Shown: positions 47,034 through 60,556, numbered from the stretch's first letter. The stretch is 64,000 bases of DNA from an uncultured Planctomycetota bacterium (GCA_963823665.1 CAWGMQ010000004.1:1344001-1408000), one strand, 5' to 3'. The notes: a model not told the origin generated them from the letters alone. Program-made: numbers and translations.

Positions 47034-47079
47034 AATTGTCACCTCGATGGTGGTATCCCGCGCATGGAATCGATTGCCG

Positions 47080-48717
47080 TCACGTCCCAGTCACCGATTG
47101 ATTGCGGCTTCGAGATGCCTCAACGGACCCATCCTTGATGAGGGCCAGGTACTCATGTCGGAAATAGCGCAACGTGCTCAGGACAGGGTTTGGCGCCGTC
47201 TGGCCCAGGCCACAAAGGCTCGTATGCTTGACCACGTCACAGAGGGACTCCAGCCGGGCCAGGTCGGTGCGTGTCGCGTTTCCCGCGAGGATTCGCGCGA
47301 GGATCTGATCCATCTGCACAGTGCCGGCGCGGCAGGGGATGCACTTACCGCACGATTCGTCCCGGCAGAATCCCATGAAGAACTTCGCCATTCCGACCAT
47401 GCTGGTGTCCTGGTCCATGACGATCATGCCACCGGAGCCCATGATCGACCCAACCTTCTGAAGTGATTCGTAATCCACTGGCGTGTCGAGCGCGTCGGCC
47501 GGGATGCACCCGCCCGACGCCCCTCCGGTCTGGACAGCCTTGATCGTGCCGCCACCCGAGGCACCCCCGCCGATCTCCTCGACGATGAAGCGCAGGGTGG
47601 TGCCCATGGGCACTTCCACCAGCCCGGAGTTGCGTACCTTACCGGTCAGGGCGAAGACTTTCGTTCCCTTGCTCCCGGCTGTGCCGATGTTGGCGAACCA
47701 CTCCGAGCCGTTGCGGAGGATGGCCGGGACGTTGGCGAACGTCTCGACGTTGTTGATCAGCGTGGGATCGCCCTCGAGCCCCACCTCAGCCGGGTACGGC
47801 GGGCGCGGATGCGGCGTGCCTCGCCGGCCTTCGATCGAGGCGAGCAGCGCCGTCTCCTCGCCACAGACATAGGCCCCTGCGCCGATCCGCAGGTCGATCC
47901 GAAAATTGAACCGCGACTCGAAGATCTGGCTCCCCAGCAGCCCCAGCTTCCGGGCCTGTCTGATGGCGACGTCAAGCCGTTCGATGGCTAGCGGATACTC
48001 ACCTCGCACATAAATGTATCCCTGGTCCGCACCGACGGCATGTGCCGCGATGGCCATGCCCTCCAGGACTCGGTGCGGGTCGCTCTCCAGGATGCTACGG
48101 TCCATGAACGCACCCGGGTCGCCCTCATCGGCGTTGCAGACGACAAACTTCGGGCCTGGTGGCATCTTGGCGACCGTTGCCCATTTCACTCCGGTCGGAT
48201 AGCCCGCGCCGCCGCGGCCACGCAGGCCGCTCTGAGTGATGAGGTTGATAATATCCGAGGGCGTGATCTCGTGCACGGCATGGTACAGGGACTGGTAGCC
48301 GCCGGCCGCGATGTACGTCTCGATCCGCTCGGGCTCGACGATACCGCAGTTCTCCAGCACGACGGGACGCTGCTTGGTGAAGAAAGGGCTCTGAAGGTCT
48401 GCTCGCGGCGCTTCGGCCGTGCCCCCGTTTATTGCCCGGACGATCGACGGAGCATGGACCGGCGCCACCTGCTCATAGATTACTCCCTCGGGATCGACCC
48501 GGACCAGCGGACCGGCGCAGCAAAGGCGCATACAACCCACAGGGCAGACGTCGACGCGATCGTGCAGCGCAGCCTCAGTCACCGCCGAATCGAGCCCTTG
48601 CCGCACGGCGTCGGCGCCCGACGAGAGGCAACCGGCGGCCGTGCAAATGCGGACCTGGACGGGTCGTCGCCGCGCCGACTCACTCTGCGCGATCTGGTGG
48701 AGGTCATTCAGGTCCAC
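47080..48717 (-). CDS. hoxF: Diaphorase NADH/FMN-binding subunit
   Basis: [42 protein letters not shown]. Confidence 0.93.
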   Translation of the reverse strand: MDLNDLHQIAQSESARRRPVQVRICTAAGCLSSGADAVRQGLDSAVTEAALHDRVDVCPVGCMRLCCAGPLVRVDPEGVIYEQVAPVHAPSIVRAINGGTAEAPRADLQSPFFTKQRPVVLENCGIVEPERIETYIAAGGYQSLYHAVHEITPSDIINLITQSGLRGRGGAGYPTGVKWATVAKMPPGPKFVVCNADEGDPGAFMDRSILESDPHRVLEGMAIAAHAVGADQGYIYVRGEYPLAIERLDVAIRQARKLGLLGSQIFESRFNFRIDLRIGAGAYVCGEETALLASIEGRRGTPHPRPPYPAEVGLEGDPTLINNVETFANVPAILRNGSEWFANIGTAGSKGTKVFALTGKVRNSGLVEVPMGTTLRFIVEEIGGGASGGGTIKAVQTGGASGGCIPADALDTPVDYESLQKVGSIMGSGGMIVMDQDTSMVGMAKFFMGFCRDESCGKCIPCRAGTVQMDQILARILAGNATRTDLARLESLCDVVKHTSLCGLGQTAPNPVLSTLRYFRHEYLALIKDGSVEASRSRNQSVTGT

Positions 48718-49219
48718 GGCTCAACCATCCTTTCACGCGGTCACTTACCATATCCGGGTCCTGTTTCCCACACACCTTGCCGTCGAAGACCACGACCGGC
48801 GCGATCCCGCAGGCGCCCAAGCAACGTGCCGTCTCCAGCGAGAGTCGACCATCTGCCAGCGCGTCCCCGGGGTGGATTCCGGTCGCGTGTTCGATGGCCG
48901 ACAGTAACTCGGCGCCTCCGTTGACATAACAGGCCGTACCCAGGCAGACCGTACACTGGTGCTTCCCCTTCGGCTTGAATCTGAATAAATGATAGAAGCT
49001 CGCCACGCCGTAAACGCGGCTCGGAGGAAGGGTCAGTCCGCGAGCGATATAGAACAGGATGTCATGATCGAGGTGACCGAAAAGTTCCTGCGCCGTGTGA
49101 AGCACCTCGATCAGCGCGTCGGGCCTGTGATGGTGGCGCTTCATCGACGTGTCGATCAAATGGAATCGCTCGTCGCCGCTCGGATGCGCGTCGGCTGCCG
49201 CCGTTGTCGTCTCAGTCAT
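48704..49219 (-). CDS. hoxE: Diaphorase 2Fe-2S subunit
   Basis: [27 protein letters not shown]. Confidence 0.92.
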   Translation of the reverse strand: MTETTTAAADAHPSGDERFHLIDTSMKRHHHRPDALIEVLHTAQELFGHLDHDILFYIARGLTLPPSRVYGVASFYHLFRFKPKGKHQCTVCLGTACYVNGGAELLSAIEHATGIHPGDALADGRLSLETARCLGACGIAPVVVFDGKVCGKQDPDMVSDRVKGWLSRGPE

Positions 49220-49256
49220 TGTTGACTCCGTCCTCGCTCCAAGGTCCCACGGATCT

Positions 49257-50270
49257 TCAGGTCGTGGCCTCCGTCCCGGTGAAGTTGACCAGTGTCTTGA
49301 TGTAGTTGGCGCGCTCGAAGGCACCAGGGTCCGGAGCGTTGATCGCACTCAGACTCCCTTTCATCTGGGCGACGGAGGCGTATTCTTTTTCCACCATCCA
49401 GGCGCGGATGCCGTCGAGCAGGGTCCGGACATGGTTCGGGCCATGGTGGTAAAGAGCGGAGGCGATCATCGTCACGTCGGCGCCGGCCAGGAGGAGCTTG
49501 ATCGCATCAAGGGCCGTGTGAACGCCCGTCGTTGCCGCGAACGAGGTCTCAAAGTGGGGGCGGAGGATGGCGATCCACCGGAGCGGCAAGCGCAGTTCGC
49601 TGCTGGTGCTCAGGATCAGGTTCGGAGTCACGCGGAGCGTCTCCAGGTCGATATCCGGTTGGAGGAAGCGGTTGAACAGGACCAGGCCGTTCGCGCCGGC
49701 CCGGGTGAGCCGGAGCGTCATGTTGGGTAACGAGCTGAAGAAAGGCCCCAACTTGACGGCGATAGGGATCGTGACGACCTCGCGAACCGCCTCGACAAGA
49801 TCGACGTAGCGCGATTCGACGTCGTTGCCGGTCTGAAACGGGTCCGTGACGACGTGATAGATATTCAGTTCGAGGGCATCGGCACCGGCCTCCTGGATCA
49901 GCTTGCCGTAGCGAACCCACCCCCCCTTCGAAGTGCCGTTCAAGCTGCCGATCACCGGAATCGACAGCGACCGCTTGGCCTCCTCGATGTGGTGGAGATA
50001 GGCGTCCGGCCCGGTGTTGTAGTTGTCCAGCTCGGGGAAGTACGAAAGAGCCTCGGGGAAACTCTCCGCGCCGTGCTCGTAGAAGCGGTAGGTTGCCATC
50101 TCGTCATGCTCGATCTGCTCCTCGAACAATGAGGGCATCACCGCCGCGGCGGCGCCGGCGTCCTCGAACCTGCGCAACGTGTCCAGTTTCCCGGTCAGAG
50201 AGCAAGCCGAGATTACCAGCGGGTTCGCCAGCGTCAGACCAAGGTATCGGGTTGTCAGGTCAACGTTCAT
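49257..50270 (-). CDS. Dihydroorotate dehydrogenase-like flavoprotein
   Basis: LTTRYLGLTLANP, PSLFEEQI, ALELNIY, VLFNRF, FERANY; overlaps the nifJ stop. Confidence 0.85.
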   Translation of the reverse strand: MNVDLTTRYLGLTLANPLVISACSLTGKLDTLRRFEDAGAAAAVMPSLFEEQIEHDEMATYRFYEHGAESFPEALSYFPELDNYNTGPDAYLHHIEEAKRSLSIPVIGSLNGTSKGGWVRYGKLIQEAGADALELNIYHVVTDPFQTGNDVESRYVDLVEAVREVVTIPIAVKLGPFFSSLPNMTLRLTRAGANGLVLFNRFLQPDIDLETLRVTPNLILSTSSELRLPLRWIAILRPHFETSFAATTGVHTALDAIKLLLAGADVTMIASALYHHGPNHVRTLLDGIRAWMVEKEYASVAQMKGSLSAINAPDPGAFERANYIKTLVNFTGTEATT

Positions 50271-53200
50271 GATTGTACCTCTTCCATCCGGCCGGGAGCG
50301 GTGCGCTCGACGCCCGCCATCTGTTCGTAGAAATGCCAGCGCTCGTCGATGTCGCGCTGCGCCAAGCTCAGGAGTTGTTCGGCCCGTTCGGGATTGGACC
50401 GAGTCAGCATGGCGAAACGGGCCTCCTTCATGGCGAACTCCTTGAATGGAAGGTTCGGCTTGTGGCTGTCGAGGTGGAACGGATGGCTCCCCGCGCTGGC
50501 GAGACGCGGGTCGTAGTGGTAGAGGGGCCAGTAGCCGCTGGCCGCTGCCTCCTTCTGGTGGCTCATCGACGTGGACATCTCGATGCCATGTGCGATGCAG
50601 TGACTGTAAGCGATGATCAACGACGGTCCGGTGTAGGAATCGGCCTGCTGGAAGGCGTGGAGGGTCTGCAAGGGGTTGGCCCCCATCGCGATTTGGGCGA
50701 CGTAAACGTTGCCATAGTCCACGGCGATCATGCCGAGGTCTTTCTTGGCGATGGCTTTGCCCTGGGCGGCAAACTTGGCCACCGCGGCGCGCGGAGTGGC
50801 CTTGGACGCCTGGCCGCCTGTGTTCGAGTAAACCTCGGTGTCGAGCACCAGCACGTTCACGTTCCGCCCCGACGCAAGAACGTGGTCCAGCCCGCCGAAC
50901 CCAATGTCATACGCCCAGCCGTCGCCACCGACGATCCAGACGCTCCGCCGCACAAGCGTATCGACCACCGTCAGGAGTGCCTTAGCCTCGGCGTCCGCGA
51001 TGGTGGATAGCCGTTCCTTGAGCTGAGCCACGCGCCGGCGTTGTTCGCGGATCTCCTCCTCGGTCTCCTGATGCGCATCCAGGATCGAAGCGACCATGTC
51101 CTCGCCCAATTGGGGGGCCAGCTCTCCTAAAAGGTGGCGCGCAAGTTCCTCCTGCTGGTTGACGGCCAGGCGCATCCCCAGGCCGAATTCGGCATTGTCC
51201 TCGAACAGCGAGTTGGACCAGGCGGGCCCGCGGCCCCCCTCATTCTTTGCCCAGGGGGTGGTCGGGAGGTTGGCCCCATAGATCGAAGAGCACCCGGTGG
51301 CATTGGCGACGATCAAGCGATCGCCATAGAGCTGGGTCAGGAGCTTCAAATACGGCGTCTCGCCGCACCCGGCGCAGGCGCCCGAGAATTCGAACAGCGG
51401 CTGGAGCAACTGCGAGCCCTTGACCGTATCGGCCTTCACCTGCTTCCGGTCGATTTCCGGAATCTTCGTGAAGAACTGGAAGTTCGGCCTCTCGCGCCCG
51501 AGGTGATCCTCCGACTTGATCTCCATGTTGATCGCCTTGTGCCGTGCGACCTCCTTGCTGACGGCCGGACAAACGTCAACACAGACACCGCAGCCGGTGC
51601 AGTCGTCCGGGGCGACCTGGATCGTCATGAGGTGATCGGGAAGGTCCGTGCCGGTCCAGGGCCGCGAGCGAAAGCCTGGCGGCGCTCCGTCCAAGGCCGA
51701 AGGCGCGTAGACTTTGCTCCGGATCACGGCGTGCGGACAGACCATCGCACAGAGGCCGCACTCGATGCAGACATCCGGGTCCCAGATCGGGATCTGCTGG
51801 GCGATGCTGCGCTTCTCGAACCGGGAAGTGCCCGTCGGGAAAGTACCATCGGGCGGCAAGGCGCTGACGGGGAGCAGGTCGCCCTTGCCGGCTATGATCA
51901 GGGCCGTGACACGCTGGACGAAATCGGGCGCGTCGTCGGGCACGACCGGCAGCCGACGCCGGTCCCCGGCGACATACCTCGGGAATCGCGACCTCATGCA
52001 GCGACGCGAGGGCGTCGTCTACAGCAGCGAAGTTCCGGCGCAGCACCGCCTGGCCGCGCTTGCCGTACGCTTTTTCAATCGACTCCTTGATCTCGTTGAT
52101 CGCATGGTCGCCAGGCAAGAGGGTCGTCAGTGAGAAGAAGCATGTCTGCATCACCGTGTTGATTCGCGGCCCGAGCCCCGCCTCGCTGGCCACACGGTAG
52201 GCGTCCACCACGAAGAACCGCAGTCTCTTCTTGATGATCTGTTCCTGGACTTCGACCGGGAGCTTCTCCCAGACCTCCGCCGGCCCGAAGTGGCTATTGA
52301 GCAGGAACGTGGCGCTCGGCTCGGCGTGCTCCAGCACGTCGATCCGATCCAGGAAGCCGAACTGATGGCATGCCACGAAGTTGGCCCGGCTGATCAAATA
52401 CGGTGAATTAATCGGCTGCGAGCTGAAGCGAAGGTGCGAGACGGTGATCGAGCCCGACTTCTTCGAGTCGTAGACGAAGTATCCCTGCGCGTGCAGCGGG
52501 GTCTTCTCGCCGACGATCTTGACCGAGTGCTTGTTCGCGCCGACGGTGCCGTCGCTGCCGAGTCCGTAGAAGAGCGCACGAAGTCCGTCTTCGTGTTCGG
52601 TGCAAAAGTCTTCGTGCCCTTTGAGATTCAGACTCAGGTGCGTTACATCGTCGTTGATCCCCACCGTGAAGTGCAGCTTGGGGTCCGGTCGACCGAGCTC
52701 GTCGAAGACCGCCGCGGCCATGGCCGGTGTGAATTCTTTGGACGAGAGGCCGTACCGGCCTCCGATCACTCGCGGAATCGGTCCCGCTCCCTTGGCCCGA
52801 CTGCTCCAACTCTCGGCCAGGGCGGTCACGACGTCGAGATAAAGCGGCTCGCCCAGACTTCCCGGCTCCTTGGTGCGGTCCAGGGCCGCGATGATCCGGG
52901 TCGTTGGCGGCAGTGTTGCGATAAATGCATCGGCGGAGAACGGACGGTACAGCCGAACCTTGAGCAACCCCACCCTCTCGCCGCGGGCGACGAGAGTTCG
53001 GACTGCTTCCTCCGCCGCGCCGACGGCGGAGCCGAGAATCACGGCCACCCTCTCGGCGTCGGGCGAGCCCACATAGTCGAAGAGATGGTATTGCCGCCCG
53101 ATCCGACCGGCGAAACGATCCATGGTTTGCTGCACGACATTTGGCACCGCCTCGTAAAACATGTTCACCGCCTCGCGGGCTTGGAAGAACACGTCCGGGT

Positions 53201-53864
53201 TCTGTGCCGATCCGCGAAGTACGGGCCGATCCGGCGACAAGGCCCGATCGCGATGGGCTTGCACATGGTCGTCGTCCATCATCGCCCGCACATCGTCCGC
53301 GGTAAGCTGATCGATCTTGTTGATCTCGTGCGACGTCCGAAAGCCGTCGATGACGTGGAGAAAGGGTACGCGCGCCGCGAGGGTGGCGGCCTGCGCGATC
53401 AGAGCGAAGTCCTGTGCTTCCTGTACCGAGGTTGCAAAGAGCATCGCCCAGCCCGTCGAGCGCGTCGCCATCACGTCGCTATGGTCGCAGAAGATGGACA
53501 GGGCGTGCGTCGCCACCGACCGGGCGGCGATGTGGAAGACCGTGGACGTCAGCTCGCCGGCGATCTTGAACATGTTGGGTATCATTAGCAGCAGGCCCTG
53601 CGAGGCGGTGAACGTCGTCGTGAGCGCTCCGGCCTGCAGCGCCCCGTGCACGGCACCCGCCGCGCCCCCTTCGCTCTGCATCTCGATGACTTCGGGCACC
53701 GTGCCGAAAAGGTTCTTCTTACCCGCGGCAGACCAGGCGTCGGCCAGCTCTCCCATCGGCGAGGCCGGGGTGATCGGATAGATCGCGATCACTTCGTTTG
53801 TCAGGTGGGCGACGAAGGCAGCCGCCTCGTTGCCGTCGAGCGTGATCCAACGTGGTTGATGCAT
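50267..53864 (-). CDS. nifJ: Pyruvate:ferredoxin (flavodoxin) oxidoreductase (frameshift near 51975)
   Basis: IYPITPAS, MQSEGGAAG, GSDGTVGANK, two ferredoxin motifs, GACAGCGE, GGDGWAYDIG. Confidence 0.95.
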
Positions 53865-53974
53865 GATGCAGCCTCTCGATTCAAACGGGCCGGACTTGAC
53901 TGAGGTCGGAAGAGCCAACCAAGTCGTAGCCGTCTATTTCTCTTTCGGCCTCAGCGGCCCAGCTCTCCATCCGG

Positions 53975-55149
53975 TTAGCGGTCCAACAGGACCGCCACGC
54001 CAGGAAGCTGCATGCCCTCCAGAAACTCCAGGCAGGCCCCGCCGCCGGTGGAGATGTGCGTGATCCGTGCCTCGACCCCCGCCTTCTTGACAGCCGCGAT
54101 GGTATCGCCGCCTCCGATGAGCGTGCACGCCTCGGGCATTTCGGCCAGGGCCCGCGCGACGGCCAGTGTGCCCTCCGCGAACGGTGCCATCTCAAAGACA
54201 CCCATGGGCCCGTTCCACACGACGGTTCGCGCGCGCGCAGGCGTTCCCGGAATGCGGTCACGGTCTTCGGGCCGATGTCCATCGCCTTCCAGCCGGAAGG
54301 CACTTCGGCGACATCGACGACCCGCCGCTGCACCCCTGCCTCCGCGCCGATCGTGACCACCAGATCTTGCGGGAGGAACAGTTTGTCCCTCCCCTTCTGG
54401 AGTAATTCCCTGGCCGCGTCGAGCTTGCTCTCTTCGACCAGGGATTGCCCCATTTCTTTCCCCTCGGCTTTGAGGAAAGTGTTGGCCATTCCTCCGCCGA
54501 TCAAGAGTCCATCAGCCCTGCCCAGCAGGCTCTTGACGACGCCGATCTTGTCGGAGACCTTGGCCCCGCCCAGTATGGCGAGAAACGGCCGAGCCGGACT
54601 GGTCAAGACACGCCCCAGCACATCAAGTTCACGCTCCATCAGGAGCCCCGCGACCGCCGGAAGGTACCTGGCAACTCCAACCGTCGATGCATGAGCGCGG
54701 TGAGCGGAGCCAAAGGCGTCGTTGACGAACAGGTCGGCCAGGGACGCCAATTGTTGAGCGAAGTGCGGATCATTGGCTTCTTCTCCCGGATGGAAGCGAA
54801 GATTCTCCAGCAGAACAGCGTCTTTCCGGGGCATCGCCTTGACAATTGCCGTGACGTTCGGCCCGACACAGTCGGGGATGAGACGCACAGTCCTGTTGAG
54901 CAGCTCGCTGAGGCGGGCCGCCGCCGGGCCCAGGCTCAGAGCCGGAGTCGGCTTCCCTTTTGGGCGGCCGAGGTGCGAACAAAGAATGACCCTGGCGTCC
55001 TTGTCGATCAGGTATTGGATCGTCGGCAGCGACGCTCGGATGCGGGTATCATCGGTCACGACACCTTTGTCCAGCGGCACGTTGAAGTCGACGCGGACGA
55101 GAACCCGCTTGCCGGCTGGGTCGATATCCCGAACGGTTTTCTTATTCAT
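53975..55149 (-). CDS. pgk: Phosphoglycerate kinase (frameshift near 54232)
   Basis: [40 protein letters not shown]. Confidence 0.95.
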
Positions 55150-55186
55150 GAGATCAGATCCCTGGTGTTCCCTTTGGCCGGCTATT

Positions 55187-57676
55187 TTATACGCTCGCGG
55201 CACGCGCTCCTTTTTTCCCCGCCACTGCTTTGACTGGTGTGGGTGCTGGGCTCGGATGCTCACGCAACTGTTTTTCCATGTCCAGCACGGCGCCGGTCGT
55301 CTTCAATACCGTGTCGGGATTCAGCGAAATGCTGTCGATGCCGCACGAAACCAGGAAGCGGGCGAACTCCGGGTAGTCGCTCGGCGCCTGCCCGCAGATG
55401 CCGATTTTTCGGCCGCACGCACGCGTCCTGCGAATGACGTCCTCAATGAAGCGCATGACGGCCGGGTTCCGCTCGTCAAAGAGGTGGGCGACGATCGCCG
55501 AGTCGCGGTCCACACCCAAGACGAGCTGGGTCAGGTCGTTCGAGCCGATCGAGAAGCCGTCGAAGATCTCGGCGAAGTCTTCGGCGAGAATGACGTTGCT
55601 GGGTATCTCGCACATGACGTAGACCTCGAGCCCGTTTTCGCCGCGCTTCAGCCCGTGCTTGGCCATCTCGGCGCACGACGCGCTGGCCCTCCTCGACGGT
55701 CCGGCAGAAGGGGACCATGAGCTTGACATTGGTCAGCCCCATCTCGTCGCGAACCTTTTTCATCGCGCGACATTCCAGCGCGAAACCGTCGCGGTAGCGC
55801 GGGTCGTAGTAGCGCGAGGCGCCGCGGAAGCCCAGCATCGGGTTCTCCTCCGTCGGCTCGTAGGGCCGGCCGCCAACCAGGTTGGCGTACTCGTTGGTCT
55901 TGAAATCGCTCAGGCGGACGATGACATCCTTGGGATAGAACGCCGCGCCGATCATCGCGACGCCCTGCGGCGAGCTTGTCCACGAAGAACTGGGGCTTGT
56001 CGTCGTAGCCCGCCGTCAGGCGATCGATCTCGGCCCGCACGGCGGTGTCGTCCAGGTGGTGATAGTCGAGCAAGGCCATCGGATGAACCTTGATGTAGGT
56101 GGATATGATGAATTCCTCGCGGGCAAGGCCGACGCCGTCGTTGGGGACAAACGAGAGCCGGAACGCCTGCTTCGGGATTGCCCACGTTCATCATGATCTT
56201 CGTCTTCGGGCGCTCCAGCTTTCGTAGGTCCTGACGCTCGACGTCGAAGTCAAGCAGGCCTTCGTAGACGAAGCCGGTGTCGCCCTCGGCGCCGGAGACC
56301 GTGACCTCCTGGCCGTCGTGGAGCAGCTCGGTGCCTCGCTCGGTCCCGACGACGGCGGGCAGGCCGAGTTCGCGGCTCACGATGGCCGCGTGGCAGGTCC
56401 GGCCGCCACGATTCGTGACGATGGCCGCCGCCTTCTTCATGGTCGGTTCCCAGTCGGGATCGGTCTTGTCGGTGACGAGCACATCGCCGTCGCGGAACTG
56501 ATGCAGGTCCTGCACGCGTTTGATCACGCGCACGGGTCCCCGGCCGATCTTCTCGCCGACGCTCCGGCCGCTGACGAGCACCGGGCCCTTGGACCGCAGC
56601 TTGTAGACCTCGATCGCTGTCCGGCCGTTTCTGCGACTGGACGGTCTCGGGACGTGCCTGGACGATGAACAGCTCGCCGGTTCGTCCGTCCTTGGCCCAT
56701 TCCATGTCCATCGGCGTGGGCTGCCCGCGCTTGGCGCTGTAGTGGTCCTCGATCAGGCAGGCCCAGCCGGCCAGTTGCAGGATCTCGTCGTCGCTGATGG
56801 CGAAGCGGTCGCGGTCCTCGGGCGGCACCGGGACGTTCTTGGTCATCTTGCCGCCGCCAACGTCGTAGATCAGCTTGAATTCCTTGGTGCCGATCAGCTT
56901 CTGGAGGATCGGCCGGAAACCTTGCTTCATCGTCGGCTTGAAGACGTAATACTCGTCGGGATTGACCGACCCCTGAACCACGTTCTCGCCCAGGCCATAC
57001 GCGGCGTTGATCAACACGGCGTCACGGAACCCGGTTTCGGTATCGATCGAAAACATCACGCCGGAGACGGCCAGGTCCGACCGCACCATGCGCTGGACGC
57101 CGATCGACAGACCGACCTTGAAGTGGTCGAACCCCTTGTCCACGCGGTAGGAAATGGCCCGATCGGTGTAAAGCGAGGCGAAGCAGCGCTTGCAGGTCTC
57201 GAGCAGGGCCTGGCTGCCCTGGACGTTCAGGTAGGTTTCCTGCTGCCCGGCGAAGCTGGCGTCGGGCAGGTCTTCGGCGGTGGCGCTGCTGCGCACGGCG
57301 ACGTCGAGCGGCTGGGAGGTCCCCTCCGAGAGCTTCTCATAGGAGGTGTCATGGCTTGCTGCAGGTCTTGGGGCAGGTCAGCCTCGAGGATCAGGTCGCG
57401 AGCCTGACGGCCTCGCTGACGGAGATTCTCGATGTCGCGCGTGTCCAAGCCCTGGAGAACTTCCCGCAGTCGGCGGTCAACCCCGGTCTCGCGCAAGAAA
57501 TAGCGGTAGGCGTCGGCCGTAACGGCAAAGCCGTTGGGCACCTTCACACCCTTGGGAGTCAACTCGCGGTACATTTCGCCCAGCGAGGCGTTCTTTCCGC
57601 CGACGAGCGCGACATCACCGATGCCGATCTCGTCGAACCATCGAATGTGTGGATTGGATACCCGTTTGCTAATCAT
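55187..57676 (-). CDS. ppsA: Phosphoenolpyruvate synthase (several frameshifts)
   Basis: [45 protein letters not shown]; spread over about six ORFs. Confidence 0.93.
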
Positions 57677-57774
57677 CGTTCGTGCTCCTTGATCGATTGG
57701 AAGTGGCTGGCCGCCCTTAGTTGGAAGCCAACTGCGTTGGCAATGTCCACCTGGCGGCGGCTCGAATCCGGCAT
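57673..57774 (-). pseudogene. HPr phosphocarrier N-terminal scrap
   Basis: RRQVDIANAVGFQLRAASHF resembles the N-x-x-GLH-x-R-x-A motif with His replaced by Gln; 33 aa. Confidence 0.45.
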
Positions 57775-57929
57775 GACTGGCTCTCCTCGCGGATTGCCGC
57801 CTCGCGGGGCCAAACCACAATGGTGAAGTAGATACCGGCCATCCTTAACCATCCGTCGCTGCCAACGATTCGAGGTCGTGAAGCATCCTCGTTGGCTCTT
57901 CTGTTCGTCTAAATCGGCCATCGTTCTGC

Positions 57930-58104
57930 CTTTCAAGTCCCACGCTCAAGGCAATCAGCTCTTTCTCCCGCACCGACAGGCGCCTTCCTTCATGATGAGC
58001 TGGTGGAATCCTGCGAACCCCCGCGCAAGGTCGGGCATCTCCTGCTGCATCTTCTGGCGATCGGCATGCCACCCATCGAAAAACGTGGCTACTTCACTTG
58101 CCAT
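57930..58104 (-). pseudogene. Carboxymuconolactone decarboxylase/AhpD-like fragment
   Basis: EMPDLARGFAGFHQLIMKEG(shift)LSVREKELIALSVG; GAGGGAGG RBS; truncated before CxxC. Confidence 0.6.
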
Positions 58105-58177
58105 AATTTGCCTCCCTCGAATCGTGCTCCTTCTGAATTACTTCCCAACGTATCACGGGCCGGGACGATGCTCGGCT

Positions 58178-59190
58178 CTAAGTGGGTGTCCCCATCCGCC
58201 GCAGCAAGTCAACACAGCGCGAGGAATAACCCCACTCATTGTCATACCACCCGATGACCTTGATGAGGCGGCCGTCGATCGCTTGCGTCCAGCTTCCATC
58301 CAGAACGCAGGAGTGGGGGTTCCGGATCACGTCCGAGGACACGAGGGGATCTTCCGTGTATTGAAGGAAGCCGCGCAGCGACCCCTCGGCGGCCTTGCGG
58401 AAGGCCGCGTTGAGAGCTTCTCGGGTCACGGATTTCCGCAAAGTCACCGTCAGGTCGGTGAGGCTCCCGCAGGCGATGGGCACGCGCAGGGCGAAGCCGG
58501 TCAGCTTGCCCTTCAGGTCGGGAATGATCTCGCCCACGAGTTTGGCGGCTCCGGTGGTCGTGGGGATGATATTCAGCGCGGCCGCGCGGGCCCGCCGCGG
58601 ATCTTTGTGCAGACCATCCACCAAATGTTGGCTGCTGGTGTAGGCGTGCGTGGTTACCATTAGCCCCTCGATAATGCCAAACTGCTCGTGAAGCACCTTC
58701 GCCATCGGGGCAACGCAGTTCGTCGTGCACGACGCGTTACTCACCAATCGCATGGATGGCTTCAGGAGGGCGTCATTAACGCCAAAGACGATGGTGGCGT
58801 CGATCGGTTGATCGCCTTTGACCGGAGCGCTGAGCAAGACCTTGGCGCGCCGGCCGCCAAATGCTTTTCCATTCCCTCGCGGGATCGGAACGCTCCGCTC
58901 GCTTCGAAGACGACATCGACCGCGGCCTCCTTCCACGGAAGCCGCGCCGGGTCACTCACTCTGGTGACACGGATTGTCCGGCCGTTGATGATCAGGTTGT
59001 CTCCGTCAACAGCCACGTCGCCTGGAAACGGGCCGTAAACCGTGTCGTACTTAAGCAGATTGACCAATGCGTGCGGCTCGGCCAGATCGTTGATGAGCGA
59101 GACGTCGAACTCCTCGGGCCGCGAGAGGAGAAGGCGGCACGTGAGCCGGCCGATCCTGCCGAAGCCATTGATTCCCACTCGAATCGACAT
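58178..59190 (-). CDS. gap: Glyceraldehyde-3-phosphate dehydrogenase (frameshift near 58850)
   Basis: [37 protein letters not shown]. Confidence 0.96.
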
Positions 59191-59253
59191 CGCAAGCCTC
59201 CCTTTCTCAAGACTCAGCGAATGACAAATCGCAACACAGACGCTGTCGCCTGA

Positions 59254-59505
59254 CTAGCTCACGGGGTCGGCGATCTCGGCGTCGGTCCGGGCATTAATCC
59301 CGTAGAGCTTGACCGTGATCTCGTCGGCAATGCCCTTGACGCCCCGAACCCTCTCGACGGCCCATTTCTCGGCGTAGGTTCCTACCATGCCGTTCAGCGT
59401 CACTACCCCGCTCGCGGCCGAAACGCCGATCTGGGCCGCCGTGGCGCATGGCTCCCATTTGATCTCATCCATGACGTCCTTCTGCAATCGGGCGGCTGTC
59501 TTCAT
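59254..59505 (-). pseudogene. BON/OsmY-domain protein, truncated
   Basis: LQKDVMDEIKWEP, GVVTLNG, RVRGVKGIADEI; stops at the start of the second BON domain. Confidence 0.7.
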
Positions 59506-59620
59506 CGTCAACGCCTCTCGGTAAACGTTGGGTCATCATCCCCGGATAACGTTTCCGGTTCGTACTTCGCTTGCTGCATATCGAAAGAGCGGGCCAGCCG
59601 ATTGCTCTTCCGCCCGACGG

Positions 59621-59847
59621 TCATGCGACACCCGTTGGCAAACCAACGGGGGTCGCGGCATGGACCTTCCCGAGCACCTCGAACGCGAGCGGGACGGTCG
59701 TGACGGCGCCAACCAGCACGAGCGTCCACCCGACGGCCTTGCGTTGGCTCTCGGGCAGGCGGTCCGCCAGCAGAAGGCCGAGCCCGACGCCGACCGCGTG
59801 CCGACGAGCAGCGCGAGTTCAGGCAGGGTCAGTGAGAGGTCTCTCAT
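59621..59847 (-). CDS. Small membrane protein (frameshifted)
   Basis: LTLPELALLVGTR / LGLLLADRLPESQRKAVGWTLVLVGAVTTVPL. Confidence 0.55.
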
Positions 59848-59954
59848 CGCGGTAATATCCTCGGTTCAGATGATTCAGAAATACTCGTTATCACCTCTGG
59901 CGAAGGTTCCGGCCGGAGAGCGACCGGAGCTCCCGTCAGACGGACCCTGTTGAG

Positions 59955-60491
59955 TCAAGGGCCGACGGTAGCGAGTTGTTCGCCATGGATCGTCGACGAA
60001 TTCGCCTCAGTCTGATCCAGAAGATCCTTGGCGCGTCTCACTTCATCGGCCGTTCCGTGGGCGACCAGGAGGAGCTTGCCGTTCTTCACCTGGGTCTCGT
60101 ATTGCAGGACACTGTTTTTCGGGATGCCGATGCTGTACAGACCTGCTCCAAGTGCGGTGAGTCCCCCCGTCATGACGGCACCTTCGAGTGCGCCGACGAT
60201 CCACATGACGAGCGGCCCCGCCACAAGCACCTGACCGATGCCAGGCACCCAGAAGAACGCGGAGCCGAACAGCAATCCCCAGAAGCCGCCCCAGAAGGCT
60301 CCGATCTTGCCCCAGTATTTCATGCGGTCGCCAGTGTTGTAGTAGCCGACGACGTTCTCTTCCGTGTGGTAATCCTTACCGACTATCGACAGCTTCTTCA
60401 TGTCGAAGCCGCTCTTTTGAAGCTCGCGGATGGCGTCCTCGGCCCGGTCGTGGGAGTCGAAGGTGGCGACGACAGAGTTCGTGTTGAACAT
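59955..60491 (-). CDS. General stress protein (YflT/DUF1269-like membrane protein)
   Basis: AEDAIRELQKSGFD..LSIVGKD, glycine-zipper helices, YSIGIP. Confidence 0.8.
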   Translation of the reverse strand: MFNTNSVVATFDSHDRAEDAIRELQKSGFDMKKLSIVGKDYHTEENVVGYYNTGDRMKYWGKIGAFWGGFWGLLFGSAFFWVPGIGQVLVAGPLVMWIVGALEGAVMTGGLTALGAGLYSIGIPKNSVLQYETQVKNGKLLLVAHGTADEVRRAKDLLDQTEANSSTIHGEQLATVGP

Positions 60492-60556
60492 CTTGTGGTT
60501 CCTCCAGTGAGATTTCGTTGCAGAATGAATGAAATCACAGAAGCTGCGGCTTGCGC

